From NCBI GenBank assembly GCA_963779415.1, contig CAVZYA010000001.1:1824001-1888000 (forward strand): DNA of 64,000 bases, given 5' to 3'. Source of the DNA: an uncultured Acidobacteriota bacterium (GTDB taxonomy: Bacteria; Acidobacteriota; Thermoanaerobaculia; UBA5066). Below, piece by piece: positions 40,710-49,754 of this stretch. The notes beneath the pieces are model-generated. The model saw only the letters and a list, made by a program, of their open reading frames with translations. It was not told the DNA's origin and made no database searches. A program made the translations under genes and the position numbers. The first letter of the stretch is position 1. Every line of letters begins with the position of its first letter.

Positions 40710-40770
40710 GGAGAAAGATTCCTCGGAAAGGCTACCACAGTCCCTCCTGCCGATCGGGAGCTGTTGCCTC
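40710..40770 (-). promoter_or_regulatory. Putative extended -10 promoter (TGgTAGCCT), copy 1 of a duplicated upstream element
   Basis: 45/61 nt identical without gaps to 42140-42200; lies upstream of the dehydrogenase gene. Confidence 0.65.
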
Positions 40771-42121
40771 AGTTTCGCGGACGGAAGACGGGCTTGACGG
40801 GGCGGCCTTCGAGGAAACGCTCGATTCCGCCGTCGAGCGCCTGACGGTAGACGCTGAGCGCCCCACCGACCGCCTCGACCGTCCGATCGATGTCGTCGTC
40901 GTGGTGGGAGAAGCTGACGACCAGTGACGGCATGAGGACGCCCCGCTTCAGGGTCTCCTGGAGAACCAGCGTCCGGAAGGCCTGCGACGCGTTTCCCTCG
41001 GCGTCCCTGGCCGCATAGACGAGATTGCAGTCCCGGCCCAACACCTGGAATTGTCCGGCGACCCCGTGCGCCCGCGCGGCCTCTTCGATGCCGGCTTTCA
41101 GCCGCGCGCCCTGGCGGTGGAGAACTTCGACGACTCCCTCGCCCTCGTAGATCCTCATCGTCTCGATCGCCGCCGCGAGCGCGTGGGTCTCGGCCCCGTG
41201 CGTCGTGGAGAGCAGAAAGACGCGCTCCTGGTCGTGGTGGAGACCGCCGCGCTCCATGAGGGCCCGCTTGCCGACGAGGGCCGAGACGGAAAAGCCGTTC
41301 GCCATCGCCTTGCCGAAGGCCGCGAGGTCCGGAACCACGCCGTAAAGCTTCTGTGCGCCGCCGAGGTGCCAGCGGAAGCCGGTAATGTTCTCGTCGAATA
41401 TCAGGACCGTTTCCTCCGCATCGCACAGGCGCCGGAGGTGCGCGAGGAACCCGGGGGCGGGCTCATGAACGGCCGCGGGCTCCAGCATCAGGCAGGCGAT
41501 CTGCCCGGGGTAGCGGCGAAACAGCGTCTCGACACTCGCGACATCGTTGTATTGGAAGGTGAGAGTCAGGGCGCGGGCGCTCTTCGGGACGCCGGCGGGC
41601 ATCGCCGTCGACCCGATGAACCAGTCGTCGATCGAGAAGAAGGGCTGATCCCCGCAGAGCGCGACGAGGTCTCGACCCGTGTGAGCCCGGGCGAGCTTGA
41701 CGGCGGCCGTCGTGGCGTCGGAGCCGTTCTTGCAGAACTTCGCCATGTCCGCCCCGTCGATCAGGCCGAGCAGCCGCTCGGCGCACTCCACCTCGACAGG
41801 AGAGGGTCGGGTGAAGTTGCTCCCGTGTCTGAGCGCCGAGCTGGCGGCCTCGACGACGGCCGGATGGGCGTGGCCGAGGGTGACGGAGCGCAGCCCCATT
41901 CCGTACTCGATGAACTCCCGTCCGTCCAGGTCCCAGACGTGACAGCCGCGGCCGCGCACGATGAAGGCGGGCGCGCCGACGGGGTACTGGTCGTCGCCCT
42001 TCGCGTACGTGTGCGCGCCTCCGGGAATGGCCGCGTGCGCCCGCGCCCGCAGCATCGCCGAGCCGGGCGACTCGATGAGTCGCCGCGCGGGATCTCCGGA
42101 CACGGGGGGCTTTGCGCTCAT
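40769..42121 (-). CDS. Class-III PLP aminotransferase, glutamate-1-semialdehyde aminomutase-like (polysaccharide-locus type, probably not HemL)
   Basis: IPGG.HT..KG, G.G..V.D.DG.E.I.Y, KNGSDATT.A..LARA.TGR, LIFDE.ITGFR, DL..FGKAMANG (PLP lysine). Confidence 0.85.
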   Translation of the reverse strand: MSAKPPVSGDPARRLIESPGSAMLRARAHAAIPGGAHTYAKGDDQYPVGAPAFIVRGRGCHVWDLDGREFIEYGMGLRSVTLGHAHPAVVEAASSALRHGSNFTRPSPVEVECAERLLGLIDGADMAKFCKNGSDATTAAVKLARAHTGRDLVALCGDQPFFSIDDWFIGSTAMPAGVPKSARALTLTFQYNDVASVETLFRRYPGQIACLMLEPAAVHEPAPGFLAHLRRLCDAEETVLIFDENITGFRWHLGGAQKLYGVVPDLAAFGKAMANGFSVSALVGKRALMERGGLHHDQERVFLLSTTHGAETHALAAAIETMRIYEGEGVVEVLHRQGARLKAGIEEAARAHGVAGQFQVLGRDCNLVYAARDAEGNASQAFRTLVLQETLKRGVLMPSLVVSFSHHDDDIDRTVEAVGGALSVYRQALDGGIERFLEGRPVKPVFRPRN

Positions 42122-42139
42122 CGTCAGGGCGATTTGACC

Positions 42140-42200
42140 GGAGAAGAATTCTTTTCGAAGGTTACCACAGTCCCCCCTGCTCAGCGCGACCTATTGCCAC
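42140..42200 (-). promoter_or_regulatory. Putative extended -10 promoter (TGgTAACCT), copy 2 of the duplicated upstream element
   Basis: Matches 40710-40770; lies ~20 nt upstream of the aminotransferase start. Confidence 0.65.
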
Positions 42201-42292
42201 TTCGCCAGTCGGTCACTTCCAACGGCCCGCTCTCTCTCTTCCCGTGATCGGCGTCGTGATCTTCTCCCCCCCGCCACCGGAGCCGGGGCCGT

Positions 42293-44011
42293 TCACCTCG
42301 AGGCATCTATGCGTCCCAGGTCGAGGACGGCCGTATCCCGAACACGAAATACCGCTGCAGCGTCGAGCTGTCTCCGGATCTCGAGCTCGCGCCCTCCGGC
42401 GGCCCGAACGGCGTCTTCTATATCACGATCGAAAGGGGCGAAGTACTCAAGTCTGCCTCCCCGGAGCGCCTCGAGGTCGACAACGAGATGTGTCACGCCG
42501 AATTCTCGATACAGCCGCATCAGCGGTTCCGGCGTCGTCGCAAAGAACGCATCGATCAACGCTCGCATTCTGCGACGCATTTCGAGTGTGTATTTGTCGT
42601 GAAATGCCCAATGCGTTTCGTAAGTCACGAAAGCGCGACGGCGTACGAGATACGGAACTGTATCGAAGAACTCCGATGGCCAGCCGGCGATCACGGAGTC
42701 CGAAGGCAACGTCTCGAGAAACCGGTAAACGGGGTCCGCAGGGTCGGCCCGTCTGTTCAACCCTGCATCCCCGGATCCCCTGCTTCCAAGCAGGACGAGG
42801 GTCGCGATCCCGAACATCCCAACAGCCGTTTGCGAGAGCCAGCGCCGCCGCGCAGCGGACGAGCCTGGTATGAGGCCAGCGGCGCCGGCCCCGAGCAGGA
42901 CAATCGCGAATGGAGGCAGCGCGTATGCGACGTAACGATTCGGCAAGTACAGGGCCGGGAACAAGGGCTGGGCAATTACGTAACCCGCCAGCGCCGCGAT
43001 TGGCAGAAGCGTGATCCGGCGAACCTGGGGGCTCCGGATGAGGAGCCTCAGCCATCCGATCGACGACAGAACCAGCATAGCCAGGAGCGTCACCAGCAGC
43101 CTTCGACCGGACCCGTTCGACCGGATCCACCGCCCCACGACCGAGATCGGAGTGCCGGCTCCAGGGACCGCGGAACCGATGACGGATTCCGTCTCGCGAA
43201 CGAATCCCCGAAACGGAGGTCGATTGCTGGGGCTGTTCCGCCCCCCGGGCCCCGCCTCCGGAAACTCCGCCGACCGGTCCGCCGTGATGAGTCGTCCGAA
43301 CCGAGCCGAGAGAATCTCGACAGGCAGCAGAATCACGACGGCGATGCCCGCGACGCCAAAAAGAGCGCCGATCCGCTTCCCCGGAGCCCACGATGCGGCA
43401 GGCCCTCTCTCCTCGGAGATCGGATGGAACAGCAGTATCGCCAGGCATATGCCCGCAAGGACCCCGGCAATCGGATAGAAGGCCGCCCCAAGCCAGACCA
43501 GCAGCGAGAGCGCCCGAATGCTGCCGTACGCGAGCGCCACCAGAACACCGGCCAGAATGGGAAAGCCAAACGAGCGCGGCAGACCACCGGCCATCTGAAA
43601 GAGGAACGCGCCGCTCCCGAAGCAGAGACACGCAGACGTCCATGCCGCAAGAACACCTGCAATCCTGTAAGCGACGAGCGCGATGCAATAGACGGTCACT
43701 AACAACAGCACGTAAGGAAGGGCCTTGCTGAGCGTCGTTGCGCCGTTCAGATGCGCCGCAGCGGTATAGAGGCCTCGATATCCCACCGGGAGACATGCCA
43801 GGTCGTAGTCAGAAGCATAATCACCACGGAGTGCGGGAGATTCGTACCGGAAAAAGGGAACAATGTGTTGACGAACATCGTCGTTGAAGACGGACGGATC
43901 TCTAGCCAGCTGAATGTGAGAGTACAGAGCCGGGCCGTAGATCGCGGCGATTGTGACGACAAAGAACCCGGCAATCGCGATGGCGCGGAACGTCGGACGC
44001 AGAGGGGTCAC
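42293..44011 (-). CDS. Multi-pass membrane protein, probable GT-C-type glycosyltransferase
   Basis: TM1 followed by an acidic loop FNDDVRQH, P.GY..LY, about 10 TMs, LP.RY, C-terminal soluble domain ending ..GVTHLVV. Confidence 0.6.
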   Translation of the reverse strand: MTPLRPTFRAIAIAGFFVVTIAAIYGPALYSHIQLARDPSVFNDDVRQHIVPFFRYESPALRGDYASDYDLACLPVGYRGLYTAAAHLNGATTLSKALPYVLLLVTVYCIALVAYRIAGVLAAWTSACLCFGSGAFLFQMAGGLPRSFGFPILAGVLVALAYGSIRALSLLVWLGAAFYPIAGVLAGICLAILLFHPISEERGPAASWAPGKRIGALFGVAGIAVVILLPVEILSARFGRLITADRSAEFPEAGPGGRNSPSNRPPFRGFVRETESVIGSAVPGAGTPISVVGRWIRSNGSGRRLLVTLLAMLVLSSIGWLRLLIRSPQVRRITLLPIAALAGYVIAQPLFPALYLPNRYVAYALPPFAIVLLGAGAAGLIPGSSAARRRWLSQTAVGMFGIATLVLLGSRGSGDAGLNRRADPADPVYRFLETLPSDSVIAGWPSEFFDTVPYLVRRRAFVTYETHWAFHDKYTLEMRRRMRALIDAFFATTPEPLMRLYREFGVTHLVVDLEALRGGRLEYFAPFDRDIEDAVRAAGGRELEIRRQLDAAAVFRVRDTAVLDLGRIDASR

Positions 44012-44319
44012 GAAATACCGGTCCTTACGTCGACACGCCGCACCCGGTCAAAGCCCCGGCTCAGCGTTCGCGAGGCAGCCACTCGGCCTACCCCATTTCG
44101 AACCAATAACACAAACAGCGTGCTACGTTGACCTCCCTGACTCTTCGTGATTACGGCGCGCTATAGGCCATCAATACTATGCTCTCAGGCATCCGCCTTC
44201 AACAGCGGCTTTCCCGCTCGTCCAGGCAGACGACAAAGCCTCAGCCGAGCTCGCTCTAGGCGTCCCGCGTGTGGCGCAGGAGGTCCGTCCGGTCCAGGTG
44301 CCCCATCCGGTGGAAGTAT

Positions 44320-44465
44320 CAACTGATTCGGTGTCACGCCTTGTTCGTTGAGCGTCACAAGTGAGAGCTTTCCCTCTCGGAAATTCCCTTCAGGACGGCC
44401 TTTCGTGGCCGTCCGCCGTCTCTCACTCCTTTCGTTCGCCGCCAGGAACTCGCCGGCTTTACTAC
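44320..44465 (-). pseudogene. Fragment resembling a phage/mobile-element protein segment
   Basis: KAGEFLAA.E......KGRP.......TLNEQGVTPNQ recalls the RKAGELL…GRP…TL..LG.T..Q segment I associate with phage proteins (often N-terminal to DNA methylases); no start or full ORF. Confidence 0.35.
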
Positions 44466-44547
44466 CAGCTCCGCCACCGCAACCGGGAGGACGTTCACCG
44501 GAACGGCCGCCACGGCTCCTGCCGACACTTCCCGGGATCTTCGCGAC

Positions 44548-44737
44548 ATCGCCTCCGCCACGCCCACCTTTCAGCAGATCTCCTCGATCGGCATCCCCGC
44601 TTCCCCCTGTCGAAGCGCCACCCTGATCTGCTTTTCCCTGTACCGGCCCTACCCTCACCGATCCGTCCTCCCGGCCCCTCCCAGAGCCTCAGAACGAACC
44701 GAAATCTACGCCCCCTTTACGAGAAGCACCCCTCACA
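44548..44737 (-). mobile_element. Degenerate IS3-family element, left end with orfA remnant
   Basis: Minus strand RYREKQIRVALRQGEAGMPIEEIC*KVGVAEA matches the IS3 OrfA start (R.SEEQI..ALRQ.E.G.PV.E.CRK.G.SEAT); in-frame TGA at 44571-44573; GGAGG then GTG at 44658; candidate 5'-TG end at 44737. Confidence 0.72.
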
Positions 44738-44931
44738 AAGAATCGGCGGTCAGGCCCCTGGATGTGCCGTTCGAAATGGTCCTCCCCGGACGCCCTGGCG
44801 TGTCGCCCGTCGATGAAGACGTTGGGGCGTCCAGACCCGGGAAAGGGTGAACCACAGCGCGTCACCGGACCTTCCAGAGAAGACCCTGCCGAACCCGATC
44901 TGCCGACGCGGAAGGGATATGATTCAGTCAA

Positions 44932-45450
44932 ATGGCTCTGACTGGCATTCTCGTAGTCATACAGAAGGCCGCGCGAATCAGCTTTCTTGCGACGCTGGCA
45001 CTTTTCCTGATCCTTGGTGCCCCTACCGCGTTAATGAAGTCGCTCAGAAGAGTCAAGCAGGGGTGGGACCTTCGGCACGAGGCATTCATCGAATCGCGCA
45101 AGCGTCTCTTTGGAGCCGAGTACGTAGACGGCATAGAGGCCATTCGTAAATCGATATCCCCAGACGGCGAGTATCTGCTGGTACGAGAGCAAGGCGCGGA
45201 CGACGAGGCGGAACTTTGGGTCCGGTACGACCTGGCACCAAGGCGTGCAGTGTTCTTGGACCAATCCGTGTTTTCGCTTGCGCGAGGAGAAACACCGTCC
45301 CGGGGAGCAGTTGAAGCAGTGCCACAACTCGCGGTAATCGCGCGCGACCGTGGAAAGGCGCCACAGCTCGTCGCCACCACGCTGCTCTTCCCGGCAATTC
45401 AGGGGAGACAGCCCGTACCACGCGAAAATCCAGCGCCGTCTACTCGATGA
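44932..45450 (+). CDS. Hypothetical membrane-anchored protein
   Basis: N-terminal TM helix, soluble domain with W.RY.LAPR; ATGA overlap with the next gene. Confidence 0.65.
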   Translation: MALTGILVVIQKAARISFLATLALFLILGAPTALMKSLRRVKQGWDLRHEAFIESRKRLFGAEYVDGIEAIRKSISPDGEYLLVREQGADDEAELWVRYDLAPRRAVFLDQSVFSLARGETPSRGAVEAVPQLAVIARDRGKAPQLVATTLLFPAIQGRQPVPRENPAPSTR

Positions 45451-46925
45451 AGAGCGATCTGCTACGGTTTGCCTTCGGCGTCGGCGGGGTGGCGCTGTTC
45501 CTGAGCGCCGGCTTCGGCCTCTCCCAGCTATCGACCACGCTGCGGAGACGCTCACTGGCAATTCGCTTGGCTTACAGCTATTTGCTTGGTGTGGCCTATG
45601 TTGCTGGAGCAATGTATGTGACTTCCTACCTCCTCGGGCTTGCTCTCGAGCGCACGGTCATTCTTTCGATTGTCATCGTTCCGGGCGGCGTGGCGTTGAT
45701 CCAATGGCTCTCCGCTCGACGTCGCGTGGCTCGGGGTCTAACTGGAGGCTACTGTTCGTGGAGGAGAGTTACCCGCGATCCGCTCCTCGGGGTGGTCACA
45801 GCACTAGGTATCCTCGTGTCGCTGGGAGTCCTGGCTGAAGCGATGACTAACCCGGTGACGGACCCAGATGGGCGGATTGAGTGGTGTCTTCAGGCGAAGT
45901 ACCTTCGAGCAGAACAGAGTGTCACCCCGAAGGCCCTGCGGGAGGCGCAGTGGTATGTGACTAACCGCGGATACCCGCTGTTGCTCCCTTTGGCGCAGGT
46001 GGCCATCCAACAAACGTTTTCGACGAATGAAGATGAACGTGTCTTTCGGCCCTTGTACGCAGCGTTCTTTCCAGTGTCTCTTCTGATTGTTTTTGAGGGC
46101 TCCGCACGCCTCGCCGGACGGCGATGGGCAGCGACGGCGGTTCTGATGGCATCGATTGTCCCTTTTCTTGCGTCTTCGAGTAACGGCGGAGCAGCGTCAG
46201 CGTGCAGCGATCTTCCACTTGCGTGTTTCTTCACCGGCGGGATACTTCTTCTTCTTGGCGATCGAAGGTCTCTCTCATCGACGATCGCTGCAGGCGCGCT
46301 TCTGGCAGCCTGCGTTCTGACAAAACAAGAAGGACTTGTGCTTGCAGTGGTGGCGGTTGCGGCCGGCTCGAGTGTAGTGTTTCCATTTTTTACACGACGT
46401 GTTCGTCCCCAACGGACAACTTACCTTATGGCAAGGCTGGGCTTTCCGGTTTTCGCGGTCGTGTCGGCTCTGGCGCTGCGAATGTCGTGGTCAGCGCGGA
46501 TTTCCCCAACGATGTTTGATTATGTGACGCCGCTGTGGAAGGTGTCGACATACCTCGAGTTTCTTCCCCGACTACTGAGAGCAGCACCTGAAATGCTCAG
46601 TGAGACTCTTAATCGACAGAAGTGGGGGCTTTTCTGGGCCGTCGTAGTGCTCGCTTTCATCGCAGGATTGCAGGCGTTTCGTTTCCGATTCTGCCGGCTA
46701 CTGCTGTTGGCTGCACTAGCTCCTTTGGCGGTGGCCTGCCTGGCATATGGCGTCGATCCGGGCTCCGGCTGGGTGGCAAGGCACAGCTGGAGCCGATTTC
46801 TGGCGCAGGCGTCGCTCCTGATTCTGGTGGTCCTGCCGTTCTTCGTGAAGCAGGCCATCGGAGGGATGTCTCCCCGAGTGTGGGTCCAGCGTAACTCTCG
46901 TGTTCGAGGTGGTGTTTCGGTCTAG
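45447..46925 (+). CDS. Multi-pass membrane protein, GT-C (ArnT/PMT-like) family
   Basis: About 12 TMs, P...D....W...AK, GYPLLLP, DLPLA, LTKQEG motifs; lower GC than the backbone genes. Confidence 0.7.
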   Translation: MKSDLLRFAFGVGGVALFLSAGFGLSQLSTTLRRRSLAIRLAYSYLLGVAYVAGAMYVTSYLLGLALERTVILSIVIVPGGVALIQWLSARRRVARGLTGGYCSWRRVTRDPLLGVVTALGILVSLGVLAEAMTNPVTDPDGRIEWCLQAKYLRAEQSVTPKALREAQWYVTNRGYPLLLPLAQVAIQQTFSTNEDERVFRPLYAAFFPVSLLIVFEGSARLAGRRWAATAVLMASIVPFLASSSNGGAASACSDLPLACFFTGGILLLLGDRRSLSSTIAAGALLAACVLTKQEGLVLAVVAVAAGSSVVFPFFTRRVRPQRTTYLMARLGFPVFAVVSALALRMSWSARISPTMFDYVTPLWKVSTYLEFLPRLLRAAPEMLSETLNRQKWGLFWAVVVLAFIAGLQAFRFRFCRLLLLAALAPLAVACLAYGVDPGSGWVARHSWSRFLAQASLLILVVLPFFVKQAIGGMSPRVWVQRNSRVRGGVSV

Positions 46926-47213
46926 CCGGCGGCTCCGGAGGGAACCGGGAGGTCGGATCGGGTTGGAAGACCCCGAGTTGAACGCGTAGCAATCGTCACG
47001 CAGTGGAAAACGAGGAAATATGCGTATCAGGCGTCGTCTCGTGGTGGGTGACAGCGAGGTCAGTCGACGTTCAATCGTCGAAGCAGCTCTGCTGCCGGAC
47101 GTACCTCCGCCTGTCGGGCTTGGGGGAGGAGTTCGCGAATCTCAGGGCCCGTCTCACAGGCCCGCATCCTGCCCGGCTACCGGGAGGATTCGCCTGAACA
47201 AGCCGTAAACTGA

Positions 47214-47375
47214 ATGTATGTCGATCAGGACGGCCGAAGGTCGATGCTCATAATCGCGCTCGCCGCCGACTCCGAGGAGCGCCTTGACATGACCGGCGAC
47301 TGGTTCACATGGGGCAACGACGCGGCGACGATGAGCCGGGGCGCCAGGGCGCTGGGCCAAGGGAGGTCTGAATGA
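47214..47375 (+). pseudogene. C-terminal remnant of a paralog of the downstream beta-propeller gene
   Basis: Translates MYVDQDGRRSMLIIALAADSEERLDMTGDWFTWGNDAAT…SE*, aligning with DQDGRRPWRLPALAAGTDGGIYITGDWFTQGSDTAT of 47372-48640; its TGA overlaps that gene's ATG. Confidence 0.8.
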
Positions 47376-48640
47376 GAAGCGTTACGCTGAAGTGGTACGG
47401 GCTCGTTGTTGCGGCGTTCGCGGTCGCGTGCATCGGTATGGCCGCACGCGGCGAAGAGGCCAGGAAGCTCGTGACCCGCTCCTGGAACCTCTGCGACTAC
47501 AAGACCGATCTCGACGGCCAGTGGGAGGGCTCGATCGTCGCCTCCGACGGAAACTGCTACTTCGCCAGCTCGACCCACTCCGGGCGGACCGGAGGGATGT
47601 TCTTCAAGTTCGACCCCAGGACCGAAAAGATAACCGTCCTCACCGACGACATCACCAGGGTCTGCGGCGAGGAACCGACCCGGGACGCCCCCCAGGGCAA
47701 GATCCACTCCGATGTCGACGAGATGGACGGGTGGCTCTACTTCGGCACCCACGAGTCCTATGGCACGCCAACCAGGCTCTATAAGGGTGCGCACCTCATC
47801 GGTTACGAGATGAAGACCGGCAAGCTCAAGGACTACGGGGTGCTCGAGCCGAAATACACCAACTACGCCGGGCTGGCCGCCGATCCGAAGAACAAGTGCG
47901 TCTACGTTTACCTCATCTATCCGGGCCAGAGAAATGACAAGCCCAGCTTCCTCTACAGGATCGACGTCAAGACGGGCCAGAAACGCAAGGTACACGAGTT
48001 CCCGGGGATGCTGGGCGACATGAAGGCTGGCGGCTACGACGCGGCGGTCTACTACATGTACTGCGACCCAGGCGGCGTCCTGTGGCTCCCCACCTGGAAG
48101 GGGCTCCTCGCCAGGTACGACCCGCCGAAGGACAAGGTCGAGCTGATCGACGGCGTGTTCCCCTTCAAGGCCGAGATGCCCCACCAGAACTGGACGTGGA
48201 TACAGCCGATCCCCGGGCAGAGCAAGGCGGCGGTGACCTGCGGCGACGGCCTCTACATATTCGACCCGTCGGGGGAAAAGCCCGGCTTCAAGCTCGTCGC
48301 CAGAATCGGGAAGACCGATCTCGGAATCGCCATTGCGGGGAACATCGTCTACTTCGTCCAGGACCTGCACCTCAAGGCGGTGGACATCGGCAAGGAGAAT
48401 CCGCCGGTGACAGACTACGGCTTCGTTACGGACCAGGATGGCCGCCGGCCATGGCGCCTGCCCGCACTGGCCGCGGGCACCGACGGCGGCATCTACATCA
48501 CCGGCGACTGGTTCACCCAGGGCAGCGACACCGCCACCACGCGCCTGAGCCGCGAGAGGAACATGGGAGAGGAGACGTATCCGGCCCAGAAGCGATGCGA
48601 GCGCTTCGCTTACGTGAAGGTGACGCCGCCGGGGAAGTGA
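47372..48640 (+). CDS. Secreted beta-propeller-like protein of unknown function
   Basis: Signal peptide; repeated blades (SDG..YF, FDP.T.K, DG.LYFGT, Y...TGK, ID.KTG, YDP..DK, FDP, DG.IY); QGKIHS motif; Lys-rich with strongly C/G-ending codons. Confidence 0.75.
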   Translation: MRSVTLKWYGLVVAAFAVACIGMAARGEEARKLVTRSWNLCDYKTDLDGQWEGSIVASDGNCYFASSTHSGRTGGMFFKFDPRTEKITVLTDDITRVCGEEPTRDAPQGKIHSDVDEMDGWLYFGTHESYGTPTRLYKGAHLIGYEMKTGKLKDYGVLEPKYTNYAGLAADPKNKCVYVYLIYPGQRNDKPSFLYRIDVKTGQKRKVHEFPGMLGDMKAGGYDAAVYYMYCDPGGVLWLPTWKGLLARYDPPKDKVELIDGVFPFKAEMPHQNWTWIQPIPGQSKAAVTCGDGLYIFDPSGEKPGFKLVARIGKTDLGIAIAGNIVYFVQDLHLKAVDIGKENPPVTDYGFVTDQDGRRPWRLPALAAGTDGGIYITGDWFTQGSDTATTRLSRERNMGEETYPAQKRCERFAYVKVTPPGK

Positions 48641-48709
48641 GCCCTTGGCGGGTGCACGCCATCCGACGGGTACCCGACCGAGCACGGATCCTGTCAGGAT
48701 GTCCGGCCT

Positions 48710-49750
48710 TCAAATGCTGCGAGCGCTCTGATCGATTCTGCGCAGCCAGCGCAGGACCCGCAGGGTGAACGCGCGCGTCCCAAATAGCAGCACGGGAGAA
48801 GAGACGACGATCAGGGCGGCGAGACGCCCCTTGCTCCCGGACCACCGCCACGCGGCGATGATCGTCTGACGCATCAACGAACGCTCGCCGCGCGCAGCAC
48901 AGAGGATCGAACCGTCCAGAAAGAGATCGACGATTCTGGGCCAGACCGTCGGATCCCGGCGCCACGCCGTCCTCTCCAGATTTCTTGCGATTGCAAGGTG
49001 AGCCAGAGCGAAGCTCCGAGCGTCTTCGAAGGGCTTCCTGATCGAAAGCCGATCGGGGGCGTCGACCTGTACGAAGCAGAGGGCCTCGGCCCGGTGCACG
49101 ATGGCAACTTCGTGACAACCTGCCCGGACGTCGTACTCCTTGTCTTCCCAGTTCCGGAGAGGGAGCCATGCTCCAATCGCATTCACCGCCGATCGCCGCC
49201 AGACGCACGAGCCTGTCGCCCATGGCCTTCTCCACAGCACCGTGGGAAGGAACCCGTCACAGGTCGGATCCCCGCCCCGAAAGACCTCCATGGCATCCTC
49301 ACCCTTCATGGCGACCGATGCGCAGTACGCCATCCCCGCACCGGGCGAGGCGCGGAGTGCCGTCACCAGAACGTCGAGAAAACGTGGCGCCCAGAAGTCG
49401 TCCGAATCAAGGTAGGAAACGTAAGCCCCCGTTGCCACCCTCCGACCGGCCTCGCGTGCGGTGCCTGGCCCGCTGTTGGTCTCGAGCCGAAGAAGCCGTA
49501 CGGCCACGTCACGTCGCCGATCGCCGCCGGGCACGACGTAAGGCACCGGCGATGCGTCGTCGACAATCACCAACTCGATGGCGGGGTAAGTCTGCGCGAA
49601 GACCGATCTGACGGCGCGGTCCGTCAGATCCGCGCGGGCATACGTCGGAATCACGACCGTGACGACTTCGGTTCCAGCAGAAGGCACCTGGCCGGTCCCG
49701 GACGAGGGCGTCCCTTCGCAGCTAACCCTCGTGAGTTCGTCCCGCGTCAA
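48710..49750 (-). CDS. Glycosyltransferase family 2 (start uncertain)
   Basis: VTVVIPTY.R, SV.AQT, VIVDDAS, NSGPG.AR..G, YLDSDD.W, ED.EY. Confidence 0.88.
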   Translation of the reverse strand: MTRDELTRVSCEGTPSSGTGQVPSAGTEVVTVVIPTYARADLTDRAVRSVFAQTYPAIELVIVDDASPVPYVVPGGDRRRDVAVRLLRLETNSGPGTAREAGRRVATGAYVSYLDSDDFWAPRFLDVLVTALRASPGAGMAYCASVAMKGEDAMEVFRGGDPTCDGFLPTVLWRRPWATGSCVWRRSAVNAIGAWLPLRNWEDKEYDVRAGCHEVAIVHRAEALCFVQVDAPDRLSIRKPFEDARSFALAHLAIARNLERTAWRRDPTVWPRIVDLFLDGSILCAARGERSLMRQTIIAAWRWSGSKGRLAALIVVSSPVLLFGTRAFTLRVLRWLRRIDQSARSI

Positions 49751-49754
49751 GCTG

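Noticed and set aside
44360-44427. Possible three-way RNA junction (AGTGAGAG/CTCTCACT outer stem, GGACGGCC/GGCCGTCC hairpin, GAGA-loop hairpin) with hammerhead-like CUGA and GAAA on the minus strand
   Set aside because: The core reads CUGAAGG rather than CUGANGA, there is no UH cleavage triplet, stem II is out of register, and the stretch overlaps an apparent protein-coding relic. Only an Infernal/Rfam hit would revive it.
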